Source of the DNA: Chara braunii
Taxonomy: Eukaryota; Plantae; Charophyceae
Assembly: GCA_003427395.1 (NCBI GenBank)
Contig: BFEA01000040.1
Span: 4,180,568 to 4,244,567, forward strand
DNA: 64,000 nucleotides
Direction: 5' to 3'
The translations under genes were made by a program, and so were the position numbers. This document shows positions 37,462-51,108 of the stretch, piece by piece. Within the stretch, counting starts at the first letter, position 1; each line of letters begins with the position of its first letter. The notes under the pieces were generated by a model that saw only the letters and a list, made by a program, of their open reading frames with translations, was not told the DNA's origin and did no database searches.

Positions 37462-37768
37462 TTGGCAGCAGTACAAAGGAGCTGAAAGGGGAAGAGGAGA
37501 GGGAGGTGGAAGAAGACGAGGTGGCGGTGGCGGTGACTCCGACAGTTTCGAGGATGTGGTTCAAGTTCGTTGGTTGCGGTGGAGCGTTAAGAGGGCAAGC
37601 AACCAATGGCACGACTTATAGCATGCATGCACAAGTGTACACGTGTACACGTGACGAGAGCGACAGAGGTGAGCACTGAGCAGTGCGGCAAGGCAAGAGC
37701 AACAGAGATGGGCGATTTTCATCCCCCCATGACCGTGCTGAACGGGGTTGTGATAGTGACAATTGTGC

Positions 37769-37799
<31 letters not shown>

Positions 37800-38389
37800 N
37801 NNNNNNNNNNNNNNNNNNNNNNNNNNNNNNNNNNNNNNNNNNNNNNNNNNNNNNNNNNNNNNNNNNNNNNNNNNNNNNNNNNNNNNNNNNNNNNNNNNNN
37901 NNNNNNNNNNNNNNNNNNNNNNNNNNNNNNNNNNNNNNNNNNNNNNNNNNNNNNNNNNNNNNNNTGGAAGAAGGGGAGGAACACTCACCTTCGGCAACGT
38001 ACTCCGAGGACGTCCAAGGCGGCGGCAGGTCGCAGTAGCAGAAGAATGAACTCCACGGTGGATTGCAGCAGTGGACAGAACGTGGAGTGGAGTGCTGTTT
38101 TTTTGCGCGGCGGAGACCTGGAAAAGCAAGGAGTTTGAATTCGAATTCTTAGGGCCTCCACGCTGGAGGGCATCCCAGGAAGATGCATCCATCGCGAAAG
38201 GACAAATCAAACAGCCACCACGGGTAATGGGACCCGCAGTCTGGTAGGGGCATTCCGAAAAGTTGTGCCCCTCACTGACAGGGGCCTGCACGAATCAGAG
38301 GCCCCAGGGGCAAATCAGGGTAAGTCAGCCGTTGGAGGGGCAAAACGCAAATAAACGCAAACTTCAGGGGCATTTTGAAAATTTTCCCT
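36955..38389. mobile_element. Non-autonomous Mutator-like element (MULE) in the LINE poly(A) tail
   Basis: Long TIRs agggaaaattttcgaaatgcccctgaagtttgcg.../...cgcaaacttcaggggcattttgaaaattttccct; 10-bp TSD CAAAAAAAAA. Confidence 0.85.
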
Positions 38390-39043
38390 CAAAAAAAAAG
38401 AAAAAAGGGGCTAGTAGGAGATTGCTTGAGCTTGGCGTCCGAAGTTCCCCTTCCACGAGGGCTGGGTCATGCTAGCCCTGGTGCCTGTCACTACTGTACA
38501 GTCCAAGTTCCTCTCGATACAAAGTCGGGCTATGGTCCTGACTGCTGGTCACACTGAGGTAGGATAGTAGAGATAAGGGGGTACGCTAGCAGTATCGACG
38601 TAAGGATGGAGCGGGAGGTAGCCTCGTTCCCTCAGGACAACCATGTCTGACCGCTTCAGGCGATCAATGTATGCCTAGTAACCGGCCTCTACAACACACA
38701 CACACAAAAAAAAAAAAAAGACACAGTAAAAGAATTGAGCTTCCCTGCATGGGGACATTGCAGATATACCTGTTTTTAAACAGCAATTTTGTCTGTCCGC
38801 GCAGGTATCGCGGTAAAAATACCGGTTAAGTTGCAGAAATACCTTTTTTCGAAGGTTTCTGTGCAGATTTACCGGGCGGTGCCTTCTTTTGTAACAGAGG
38901 GCGCGCCGGCCTGGCCTTGAGGCAAGGGCTCCAAGGCCGACGGGTCCTCTGTTGCAAAAAGGAGGTACGGTGCGGTTTATCTGCAGCTGAAACGGCACCG
39001 GCCAGAATATCTGCATAGATACACCTCAAAAGAGGCTGGGCTG

Positions 39044-39729
39044 GTCCAGTTGATGTAGCTCAGTGGTTAGTGCACCGGTTAGAAATGCGCATTGTGGTAT
39101 GAGGTTGCGGGTTCAAATCCGCAGCCTCATGCATGGACACCGGCAGGGCGTTAGAATGACGCACGGCTGGACACACACCCCTTGGGCTGAGGCATGGTAA
39201 GGTATTACAGACACTGCCTGTGCACCACCCAGTCCAGGGGACTGTCCATGGTGTTGTATGTTGGGTCCTGGCCTATGAGGGGTTTGCCTGATACTGTTAG
39301 CAGTCTAATGAGGATGCAGGTACGGGTTTGTGGTTAGACTGCTCATGTATGTGTGTTGGTTACCTTAGGCTCTGCTTTGGGGGGGGCAAGGACCAGAGGT
39401 GGGATGGTGTCCCGTTTGGGGGGAGGGTTGGCTTGGCACAAGCTCTGCTGGAGGATATCGGTGGGGAACCTACAGTAGCTGATTGTCCTAAGGGATCCCG
39501 GTAGGAGGGGTGTTAGTAGACAGACTCTGGTGGAGGAAATCGTTGGGGAACCTGCAGTAGGGGCTGTCTGAGGGGGATCCTCCTGCAGTAGGGGCTGTCT
39601 GAGGGGGATCCTCCAAGATAGGATGGTCTGGGTCCCATAAATTAGTTGCTGACTGTAGATAGGTACCTGTCGTGGGTCCAGAAACCCACCTCTACAACAC
39701 CCTGGATTTATTTAAAAAAGAATAATAAT
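39044..39729 (+). mobile_element. tRNA-derived SINE
   Basis: A box TAGCTCAGTGG (39056), B box GGTTCAAATCC (39110), A/AAT tail, 16-bp TSD AAAAGAGGCTGGGCTG at 39028 and 39730. Confidence 0.9.
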
Positions 39730-40129
39730 AAAAGAGGCTGGGCTGCTTGCAAACTTGTTTGTGTACATCTCCACAATCGCGTCCAGACTCGTACGTTGCG
39801 GAAACTGAAGGCTGCTAGTGGGACTTGGCTCCCGGACTGGTAAAGTCGCTACCACTCGTTTAAAAACCTGTATTTCTGCTATTTGAAATTGAAATTCCCC
39901 TTTCTTCATAGAAGCAAGGACACTGGAGCACCCGAGTGCAATCCTCAGGCGTGCAGAGCTGGCAATCAGTCCTGCACAAAATGAGTAGAGGAAAGGCGAG
40001 GAAATTTTGCGACGGATGCAGAAACATTTTCTGCAGCATAAATTTGTGCAATTCTGATCTTTCAATTTTTTTTTGGAATTCGCAGTTATTTTGAAAATTT
40101 CGAAATTTTGCATTTTGGGGTCTCCTACA

Positions 40130-40600
40130 GGGACCTTGGGGCTCGTTCGACACTCCTTGGGCACGTAAAGTTCCCCAGGAATTGTTCGTTCCACCTATCC
40201 TCGGGGATGCAGTCGGCTAAAAAAAAGTGAAAACACTCCGAAGGAAATTCCTTGGGCTCCGAGGATTCCCCAGCCATTTCTTCCTTTTGCCCAAGGGACC
40301 TCACGAGGTCCCTTGGGCAAAAGGAATCCGTGTTTCACGGAGAGGAGCAGGCTCATGGGTAGAGAGATGTTAGAACTGAGAATCTGGATCGTGGCGGCAC
40401 CCTATTGGCTGAAGGCCTCAAACACATTTGATTTTTTTTTTGTTTTCTTTTTTCTTGTCTGACATCGTTCGAAAGAAATGTCCTCGGGCGACGTCCCCGA
40501 GGACAGGTGGAACGATGGCGGGAATTTCCTTGAAAACCCCCAAGGAAACTTCCTTCGGCCCCGAGGACGCCCCAAGGAGTGTCGAACGAGCCCCCTTGTC
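40130..40600. repeat. Nested inverted repeats around a perfect 22-bp palindrome (40281-40326)
   Basis: ttccttttgcccaagggacctc-ac-gaggtcccttgggcaaaaggaa; outer gggctcgttcgacactccttggg / cccaaggagtgtcgaacgagccc. Confidence 0.8.
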
Positions 40601-41640
40601 CCACTTCGTCCATTGAGCTAGGTCCATGTTCACCGTGCGACTGTAGGCAATGAAGGAGATGCACGCCCGAGCAATCATCCAGCGGTCCTCTCTTTTTTGA
40701 AAAATTAATAGATATTATCGCGTTTCTTATTCCAACAAAATAGTTCCAAAAACGACGATTTCTCGAATGCTACGCCCCCTACCCTCGCCACTTTCCGTTG
40801 AGCTAGCTGTCTCCTTTTTTGGAGACAGCCAGTTCAACAACCGTTGGCATTCTTTCTGGCGTTTTTTTTTTTTTTAATGTTATTTTATTATGTTTTGAGA
40901 AATCTGTGAATTCGTTTGTACTTTGATATTTTCATGCGACTTTTGAAGGACCGAAGATGCGTGAACTACGGGCAATTTGGTGCGACCTTTGAAGGACCAC
41001 ATATGCGTCTTTTTTTTTTTTTTTAGGTCCTTTGCGCAAGGCCTCTATCCTGGTGGTGGTAAGAGAACCACCGGGATTGAGGCTTTGCCTGGCGGACCAC
41101 TCCATCTATTGGTGGGGAGCATCACCTGCTGGAAACCGGGTCCGGCGTCCCTTAAGTACATCCTTATAAAGCAAAGCACCGTTGAAAGAGTGACACCATT
41201 GTGCTGGAAACCGGGTCCAGCGTCCCATGTCTGCTCAATTTTCCTTACCAAACCCTACAGCAGGGTTGGGANCNGGGGGGAGAACCACCNGGGGGCACCA
41301 GTAGAGTCTCCCTCCTTTCCCTAGCCCCTGCCATCCTTCTACTGTCCTTCTGGTGTCTATCTGGCGTCTATTGTGTCTAAATCAGAGAATGGACTCACTG
41401 AGAGTCCTGGACTTGAGACTTTTTTTAAACTTCCACCAACGAGTCTCTCAGAAAAAATCCCCCCTTTTGGTGGACTGCTGCAGGAAACCGGGTCCAGCGT
41501 CCCATGGATAACACATTTATCTCTGCACTACATTGGTGGGATGGCCTCAATTAAACTAAGGGGACAGAACAGAGGATGATGGAAGAATAGGAGAACAGAA
41601 TGACAGAATAACAAAATGACAGAAAAACAGCATGACCAAA

Positions 41641-44600
41641 CTAGGAAGAGTCAGAAGGAACAGCAAGGAACAGAAAGGGACAGAAAGGAACAGAGAGCAG
41701 GGAAAAACCGAAAGGCAGGAAAAACAGAAGGCAAGAGAAAGAAATGCAAAGAAATGCAGAGAGTGGAATCTGCTGAAAATTTCTCAGAGGGGGGGGGGAC
41801 GGGACTTCCTCCAGCGCCAGTGGGTGGGGGGGGAAGGGATCTGCAAATTCTTGAGCCGGGCGTAATCTCTCACTGGGGTCGAGGTTTGTCCATTCGTGGA
41901 AAATCAGCTGATAGTCTCTTGCTATCGCAGTCCGGTGTCCTTCTTGCCGTTCTCCTCCCTGCTGGCGATCCCCAGACCATCTTACCTCCGCCACCCATCC
42001 ATTTCTTTCCCCTCCCAACCAATCCTGACTGAATCGGGAGATGATCCTGTGGATATCTTGCCAGGAATTCATTTGGTCGAGTTTATCCCTGGCTGTCTCC
42101 CATTGGGCGGCGATTTCGTGTTGGAATAACAGGCGTAACTGTTCTGTGACTTCACCTTCTGCGTCCTAGTCCTCCTCTGGTCTTGGGCTGAATCACTGAG
42201 TCCCATGCTACTCGACTGATTGCATGGGGGGCGTTATTGTTTCCTCTCCAGAGGAAAGCTGCTAACTGCTGTTTGCGTGACCTAAGCCCCCCCGCACTCA
42301 TGGGCCATATAATAGATTTGTACCAGAGCGTGGCCAGAACCACATTATTGATGACCAGAGCCGAGAGCCCCCAAAATTCTTAGAGGGTCTTCCAGTGGAA
42401 GCCATGTGATTCGCGGATTTTCGGGGGGCCTTCCTCCTTGATGGTGCATCCACCATCCAATAGTCTTTTGTCCCCAGTTTACTGTCATATCGGATGGCTG
42501 GCAGAACCGGTTCATAAGTTTTTGGATTTCTTCCATGTTCAGGTATGTCGCTTCCATTATTATGGTGAGGTCATCAGCGAAAAGGGAGCAGATCGGCACT
42601 GCCTCCTCCGGGATATTAGTGATCTTAATGCGAGAGAGGTTCTTGTTGTGCCTAAGGTTGACCGAAAGTGCTTCCATTATGACCAAAAACATATAGGGAG
42701 CGATGGGGTCCCCTTGTCTTACTGACCTTTGAAGCTCGAAGGGGGGCGTTATCGACCCATTGACCTGCGCAGGTGGTGGCGTTACGGTGGAGGATCTTGA
42801 CCCAACGCCGAAAGAGTGGACAAAAATTCATTCTTTCCAGGCATTTGTCCAGAAATTCTCAGCCAATGTGGTCGTAGGCTTTCTCAAAGTCAATGAATAT
42901 GATGGCCACGTTTGCTTTGTGTCGTTGGGCTAGTTGGACCACCTCATTAACAAGCAAGATATTTTCTTGTATATTCCTTCCTGCCATGAAATCTGTCTGA
43001 ACTGGGTGTATGACGTCTTCTAGAACAGTCGCCATACGGTTTGTCAGAGCTTTGGAAATCATTTTGTAGACTACTTTAAGCAATGCAATGGGTCTGTAAT
43101 TTCTAATGTTTATTTTGTCACCCTTTTTATATCGTAATGATAGCACATCTTTACCCACAATTTCCCCCATTTCTCCTGCATTCCACACCTCCTGATAATA
43201 TTCTCATAAGTCCGTGTTCAAATCTAGCCACATGGCTTCCCAAAATTCCTTGGGGAAGTCATCTATGCCAGGGGTTTTTTCCTCTTTCATTTGGAGGAGT
43301 GTTGTCCAGATTTCATTTTTAGACAGTGTTTCCTCCAGCTGTTCTCATTGTTGTGGGGAGAGGTATCGATCCATTGACATCAAGAAGTCCTCCAGTTCCC
43401 TATCCCTCCTTTCTTCTTGTGATGGTGGGATCTGGGATGTATATAGCTGTTTAAAAAAGGTCATAAGCTTGTGATTAATGTGCAATGTGTTGTATCAGTC
43501 GTTATGATATCCCCGTTATCCGGGTCAACGAGTGCTTCGATGACTGTCCGTCAGGCCCGTGTTGTGGCCATGGAGAAGAAACGAGTGTCCATGGTGGCTT
43601 CCTGAGTAAATTTGGTCATTTCCCCCCGAATTCTGATCACTTGCCATCTATGTAATACGTATTGTAGGGGTCGGTCTTTAATATTTTGTATAGCGGTTGT
43701 GAGAAATTGCGAGTTTGCCTGTTGTTCCAGGGTTATTAGTTCCTTGTGGATAGACATCTCTTGCTGTTGCCGTAGGGCTGCTTTGGCTTTGGATAAGTCC
43801 TTGCATTTTTTTGCTAGGTAGATTAGCCCGTTGTTAAACCATGTTAGAAGTGAGTCGAAAAGATGTCTTTGTTGGCGCCAAAAGTTTCATTCCTGACGGA
43901 TCATCTGTGTGAAAGTGGAGTCCTTAAGAAGGGAGGTGTTTAATTTGTAAACACCTGGACCCTGGTCGGGCCTTTTCCTCATTGTCAGTGTTATTCTGCA
44001 CGTCTTATGGTCTAGTCCTGGATGCGGACTTCGTGGGAGGATTAGTGACCAGCGCAAAGCTCCTTCTAGGTCATTGGAGATAAGGATAAGGTCTATCCTA
44101 GATTTGGATAATCGTGCCGGGTCATTATCCCTTATGCATGTAAAGGATCGCGCCTGGGGGTGTAATCGACGAAAGGTGTCAAAGATTGAAAGTGTTTCAC
44201 AGAGTTCTGTTATCATTCATTCATCCTCTACTGCGGCGAAGGAGGGGGAATCTTGGGCATTCCATCTATCCAAGTTTCTGTCGGGGGTAGCATTAAAGTC
44301 CCCTGCGATAATTAGGGGGATGCCCTCCAGCACTTGTGTAGTCAGTGTTCCCAAAAATTGTCTTCGTTCTCCTACTGTGTTGGGTGAATAAATGGACAGT
44401 ATGCACAGTAGCTCCAGTTCCAGCATACCAAGGATAGATGCCCATCATCCCTCTTCTTCATCTACGACCCAGTGCACTAGCTGAAATTTGGAGTCCGGGG
44501 GGACCCAGATTGCTACTCCGGCTGAGCCTGGTCTGGGTGCGTGGGCTCTAAATGCTGTGTGAGGCCAGACCATTTTTTGTGCTCTGTTATGTTCTGAAGT

Positions 44601-44770
44601 GTCCTGAAGGTGGGTTTCCTGGACGCAGATTACGTCCGGCCATCGTCTGCCTCCTACTCCTTTGAGCTGATCCCAAATGGTCTGATGCTTTTCTGGTTTG
44701 CTTGAAGCTAGATCATTTATATTAACGGACCGTAGATCAAGGTCGGCCGAGGCCGCCGAGCTAACACATT
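41641..44770 (-). pseudogene. L1-B ORF2 (APE + RT; zf-RVT region deleted near 42150)
   Basis: VICVQETH, IAGDFNA, SRIDLI, NYRPIALL, IDFEKAYD, RQGDP, LFADDL. Confidence 0.92.
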
Positions 44771-44870
44771 TTTTTCATGTTGGATTCCTGCAATACAATG
44801 TTTCTAGATCATCCATTTACTGCTTATCATTTTTCTACGACCGCACATGATTAAGACCTCGTAGTGGATG

Positions 44871-47800
44871 TCATTGCTTGACATCCCATCTGTTTAGATG
44901 TAGGACCTTTTTCCGGACCATCCGGCAGAGGTGGCTGCAGACGTCGTCTTCGGACCAAAATTCACTGGCCTTAACTTTTGCGCACTGCAGGTCCAGGAGA
45001 GGATTGTGGCTGTACCAGCCGAGGCTGGCAGACTTACCAGGATCAAAGAGCAGGTAAAGGTCGTTCTTTGCCATTTAACAGCCATTTCGTCAAAACGGAC
45101 ATATTATATTTTTTGAATGAAATCAAAACTGATTTTTTTTGCGAAAATCAGGTCGGAATGTTTTGCTGCTGGGGGTCCGGCGTTCCCAAAGCGCCGGACC
45201 CCCTACATGTATCTGGTCTATGGTTGAGACCAGATACTTTTTTTTTTTTTTGTATCTGGTCTCAACCATAGACCAGATACATGTAAGGGGTCCGGCGCTT
45301 TGGGAATGCCGGACCCCCAGGAGCAAAAAATTCCGACCGGATTTTGGCAAAAAAAGCCAATTTTGATTTTGTTCAAAAAATATAATATGTCCGTTTTGAC
45401 GAAATGACTGTTATTTGCTCGTCGCAATCTTCGAATCTCAAGCCTGCCTTGGCCCAAGGGGCGTAGTGCTTGGGGATAAAAGTACGCATTTGAGAGGAGA
45501 AGGCTTTGGCATTTTCCCATTTGTCGCCTTCCTAGGACACGAATTCCCATCCGTGTAATGTTACCCCCCCGTATTCTCCTACCGGGGAGAGACCCAATTC
45601 CCATTTCCCTTCAGTCTTTCTAAGGGGGATGACAAGCACGCCATTTGATTTGGAGGGAGGCGTCTCAAAGAGGCCCCGTTCAATAAGTTGTCTTACTTTG
45701 AGTCTTCGGGACGTCATACCTTCCTCTGTTGTTGCTTTCCTTCCTTCCCCATCCTATCTGTGGTTGGAGGGATGAGGGTCCGTCTCAGTCGTGGGACGAA
45801 ACCGCCCACAAGCAACTGCCAAAATCCGCTGAAAGGCTTCCGCCCACGTCAGGTGGGGAGGTGGGCTGGATGTTAGCGCGGTTCTCAGGGATGGACTGTT
45901 ATTAAGAAGAGTCACCAATTCAATGTAAGACCTATCCCAGTACTCTTCATTTTCATTCGGATAGTCCGATTGCAGGTGTTTGAGTATCCAATCCGCTACC
46001 ACCTGGACCTTCTGGTCCAGGCTCATTTCTTGTGGGGGAGCGTCAGGGTCAGCTGGGTCCTTCGGGGACTCCTCCATTTCTACGTCAGGGGGCGGTGGGG
46101 TCGTGTCCACATCCATCTGTTGTGCCCCGAAAGCATCTGAGCAGAAGTCGGGGGCCAAAGAATGTACCTCCGTCTGTCTAGATGGATCCGGCTGTTGTGC
46201 TTGGTTTGGGGACATTTGTTGCACCTGTTCAGATGAATCTGGTTGTTGTGCTTGGTTTGGGGACAGTTGTTGCACCTGGTCATGCTACGGTTGTTGCGGC
46301 TGTTGCGACTGTTGTGTTGTGTGTTGTGTTGGTAAACTCCTTGCCTGCTGCTTCAACCGCATCCCCCGCTGCCCCCCAGATGCTTTCTTTTCCACTTCAT
46401 CCGCCTGCTTGTGTTGTTGGCCGCTCTGGGGCTGTTTCTTCCCCAGGGATCAGCTTCACCCCCCCACTTCGTTCTAGCGGTTCTTCCAGATGCATCTGTT
46501 CCGATCTGCTCAGTTCGTTCTCTAAGCAGGCAAAATGGTTTCCTTTATCTCCACTGTTCACCGCCTCCTTGTCTGACCCCGTCGGTTCCTTCTGCTGGTT
46601 TTCCTTCTGCGGGTTTTCCTTCTTTTTACTTCCGACGATCTTCCAGGTTTCTTGTTTCTTGGATCCGGGGGGGGGGCGCTTCAGGTGTGTTTCTAAGGAT
46701 TTGGGGGGGGACCATGCTGCTGGAGGTTGGGAACTATGTCGCGGTTCACCCTGCCCTTCTCACGCCCATCCGACAACATCCCCCTCCCTCCCACCAGGTG
46801 CATCAATATAGACCCACCCCTCATAACCTGGGTCGACCGTCCACCACCTGGATTCGTCGAAGGGATCCTTTCGCAGTCGGCCTGTGGGCTTTGCTGTGTG
46901 TGAGGAGTGGCGAGTGCAGGCCATGTCGGAATTTAGGTGCCCATAAGCCTGGCATTTAAAACACCAGGGTCTGTGTTTGTGGGCCTTGTGGTTGCGGTAC
47001 AGTTTACCTCCCACACAAAAGGGGATAACGTCGTCGATAGAGAAGACGTGCTCATCTACCAGGTTTATGGCTAGCATTAAATAGTCATCTCTCCGAGTCA
47101 CATGGGGAGGCAGTGGGTCAATGAAATTAACCACGTCATACTTCTCGGCAAAATCCTGAACAAAGGCTGCTTGAATTTCGACCGGGATGTGCCGAAATTC
47201 CACCCAAAAATGCTCCCTCATCATCTGTTCCCTGCGCTCCTCCGGTCGTTGTGGTTTTGGGGGGGCCCAGGGATAAATGTGAACCTCCGATCTTTCACAT
47301 CTGAGTGATTTCCATCCGTCCATCGTTCTTTTGTCAGCCTCTGATATGCTCAGGACGGTAATGACTGCCGACGAAGCGGGTTGGATCAGGAACAGTTCGC
47401 GCGCGCTCGCAGGGGAACCTTTGAATGCCGCTAACTTCTCCCCAATCCATCTCACTTTGTCATTTGTGGACTTGAAGGCGGCATCATCGTGGAAGGTCCA
47501 GTTACTTGCATGGCGGATAAACAAGGAATCCCTGGTTCTTACCGCATCTCCCGGGAGCACTCTAACGACAGTTGACGTGCCCCCTTGCTGCAACATTCTG
47601 TTTTCAGGGGAAGCCAAAAGGCGAGATATGAAGAATGCCCCTGCCGTTGTTAGGTTTCTTAGAGGGACCTGCCATTCTGCCCCTTCCCCCCCGCTAGCAC
47701 CTTCCTTCATACGTTGGATTGTGATGCTTTCCTAGGTGATGATGGGTTCTTTCACCCTTTCTGCCCAGGATTTGGCAGATGGCTCCTGGAAGGCCGAGCT

Positions 47801-48109
47801 GGCAGCGACGTCCATGTGGCTCTCACTAATAGTCTCAGAGCTCTTAGGTGATGATTGTTCCCCTTTGCCATCAGCCTCTGGGATATGGTCCTCGTTCTGA
47901 GCCATCTTTGGAGTATCCTTTTTCTCATTCTCTCTCTGGAGATTGTTCTGAGCATAGTTTCTAGCGATACCTTTGTACAGGAGCATTGAGTCAGCTCTTT
48001 TGTGGGCACGTTGGTTCCGGACTCTCATGCTTCCATTCACCATGATGCTTCGCGGTGAGAGGGGGGCGCTGCTTCCGAGATGCTGTCCTTTTAAACTCGG
48101 GTCTTGCAC
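44871..48109 (-). pseudogene. L1-B ORF1, interrupted by a MITE
   Basis: 316-aa piece 46760-47710 with CFKCQAYGHLNSDMAC; Q-rich linker; C-terminal KASEFWSEDDVC. Confidence 0.82.
45078..45411. mobile_element. Fold-back MITE inserted in L1-B ORF1
   Basis: Almost wholly palindromic; TIR acagccatttcgtcaaaacggac; flanked by TA (or TAA/TTA). Confidence 0.9.
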
Positions 48110-50026
48110 TGCACGCCGCCCACGGGGGGGGGGGGGGGGGGGGAAGGACGCGATTAGGAAGGGTTGAGGAGGGGTCCGGGTGGTTGGGGAGAATCTGGGT
48201 CAGAGAAGGAGGAAGGGTTCGAGTGGCTGGGGAGGATCTGGATCGGCGAGGGGAGAATCTAATTCAGAGGGATGGCGGGAACCGGGGTCAGGGAAGGATC
48301 GAAGGTTCTAGCTGGAGGGGCTGGTCGGGTGGGAGGTACGGGATCAGGACAGGACGAGAGGATCGGGCTCGGAGGGGATGGCGGAGGTTCACCAATCGGG
48401 AGCGGGGGAGGGTCGGGGAGAAAGGCAAGAGGTTGGAGAGGATCTAGATCGGAGAAGCGGGGGGGGTTTGGGAAGGAGGGCTGGGGAGGATCTGGTGGGT
48501 GGGGAGTTCTGATCTGGACCCAAGTGATTAAGATTTTTTGTCAATTGTCATTTTGATGGTAGAAAACTGTTATGCTTCCCTCCCTGTTCCCCTTCGAGCT
48601 TTGTTCCGTTTTCCTTTTAATTGCTCAGCTCGTCTTCCCTCCCGGTCGGAGAAACTTTCCTTGTTGCTTGATCGTCGCTTCCTTCGTTTTTCTACCCCCT
48701 TTCCTTACCTTCGTCTCTTGCTTGTTGCGTTATTCCCATCCAATTTCTTTCCCTCGGTTTCCCTGCCCCCTCTCCTTCACTACCACGTTTTGAGCCCTTG
48801 TTTCTTCCTTGCTTTTCCTTTGCGAAGGGTTACGGTGTTCCCCGTCCGTCACTTCCTCATTCTGAGCTGTTAAAGATATCCTCCTTCCCCTTCCATAATT
48901 CCTTCCCCTCCTTCCCTGTCCTGATTCCCTCCTTCCCCTTCCACCTAATCCCTTTCTACTCCCACCGCCTTTCTATGTTATTGGTTCTCTGTCGTCATCA
49001 CTCCTTTCTTTCACGAGTCGCACCCTTCTTTCACGGATCTATCGACCAGATGAACCAAAAACACAAGGCCTTGCACACACGTCGATGATGCAGTGTCCAG
49101 CAAAGCGAGCCAATTCATTGGAGAACGGCCAACGTCCTCTTCCCCCTGCCGCGGCCATGTGAAGTCCTTCTCCCACGAGTCGGCACGGACGGGGGGATGA
49201 GGAGGAGAGGATGGGAGAGGGGTGCAACCCGGAAGAGCCAGGGGGGTAACAATTTTGAAGGGAAGGAGAAAAGGGGAGAAGAGAAGGAAAGGGGAAGACA
49301 GGAGGAGGAAGAGGAGAAAATTGTGACCGGGGAGGAGAAAACAGGGGGGGAAGGTAGGACACCGTGATAGAGGAAGGAAACGAGGGGGATGGAGAGAAGT
49401 CAGAGTGAGAAGGTGAGGGGGGGAAGCTAGGACACTGTGATAGAGGAAGGAAACGAGGGGGATGGAGAGAAGTCAGAGTGAGAAGCTGTGGAGATGGAGA
49501 GAAGCCAGGGAGGTAACACGTCGAAGTCGAAGTCAGAGGGTGGCGATTCTGAGAGGGGTGGAGAGGCGAGGATTCGTGTAGCCGAAAGGTTTTTTTTTTT
49601 ACTCACGTAACCGGTTTGTGCTGCTGGTTTATCGTATTCCTTGCCCTGTTTCACGCGTCTTGTCGTGAAGCGCTTGATTATGTGTGTCTGGCTCGCTTCC
49701 CCCACCATGCCAGTTTAGTAGCGCGGGGCCCCACGGAGAAGCAAGCTATGGCCAATCTCGCCTGGCTCTGTCGGTCCTGCTTCCGTCTTCAGTGAAGTAG
49801 TCATTCCGCTGCCCTGGTCCTAAGCTTAATCGCGGATCTTCTCTCCCTCCTCTCCCCGAGGCAGTATGTAGCAGTATGCACTTTCCCTCCCCGCCACCCT
49901 CATCAACGCGGGCTATGGACGGCAGCGATGGTCGTCGCCTGTCTTCCCACGTTTCCGGAACTTTCGCAAGTCGTTCTACCCCGAGGACTGTTTCCCGCAA
50001 CCTCCAGCGTAAGCCTGCTGCGCTGC

Positions 50027-50490
50027 TGATCGCCCGCTCCTGATCTTGTATTCGTCTCACTCTCCCCCCCCTTTGTCTTTCGTTCCTTCGACCTCCTGAT
50101 CGCCCGCTCCCACTCTTCGCCCCCTTTGACTTGCCGATCGTTCGCCACTACTCACTCCTTGTATTCGTCTCACTCTTCCCCCCCTTGTCTTCCGTCCCTT
50201 CGACCCCCGGATCGCCCGCTCCAGACCTTGTATTCATCTCACTCTACACCCCCTTTGACTTGCAGATCGCCCGCTCCAGACCTTGTATTTGTCTCACACT
50301 TCGCTGACTTGCAGATCGTTCGCCACTACTCACTCCTTGTATTCGTCTCACTCTTCCCCCCCTTTGTCTTTTGTTCCTTCGACCTCCGGAACGCCCACTC
50401 CAGACCTTGTATTCGTCTCACTTTTCGCCCCCTTTGACTTGCAGATCACCCGCTCCAGACCTTGTATTTGTCTCATTCACTCACACTTCG
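50027..50490. repeat. Degenerate minisatellite
   Basis: Recurrent gatcgcccgctccagaccttgtattcgtctcact units. Confidence 0.8.
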
Positions 50491-51108
50491 GCTCCGAAAG
50501 GCTGGCTCCACTCGGTTCCAATGACGGACAATCACGGTCGATCCCGTCCGAGCCCAAATCAGCCTGCATACTAAGGCTCTGGCTATGGAACCCGTACGTG
50601 GCACCCGCGGGAAAACAGTGAAGTATTTCCAGCGCATGAGGACACCATCCACGTCAGCCCGTGACATGGTATGCCCTAGTGCCCCTACTTGCCGCCCGTG
50701 TGCGAAGCGCCGAGCTACCTACCACCGTCGTCCCCAGTAGCTACTCAACTTGCCCCAATCCAGCAAAGAATCTGGAGCAGATCACCTTCCCGGTACCGCT
50801 GCTCCGGATACGCATCCGCTGCAGTACTCACCAAATGCAGAAAAGAAAAAAATGATGGGGCCACATATTTCCCCGGACCACATACGGGAATAGGGCGAAT
50901 AGGGCAACTCTTCATAGGATCGGAGTATGCCACTCCAATTGTGGGAAAAAAAAAAGAAGAATGAACTGTATCTTAGGCGGATTTTTTAATGCATTTCTGA
51001 ATTTGAAATGAATTAAAAAAAAAAAAAAACAGTTTCAGCGTCACACCTTTGAGCTAGGTCCACTAAACAGTGCATGTGGGACAAGGTCCCAGGGAAGCAC
51101 CTACAGAA

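Larger units (their letters stand above)
41010..48520 (-). mobile_element. Decayed L1/Tx1 LINE (L1-B) with internal deletion in 3' ORF2
   Basis: ORF1, APE, RT, tail module 41099-41151, poly(T) 41010-41024. 5' end approximate. Confidence 0.9.

Noticed and set aside
39049-39132. Possible tRNA gene
   Set aside because: Anticodon and acceptor stems do not pair; it is the head of a TSD-flanked SINE.
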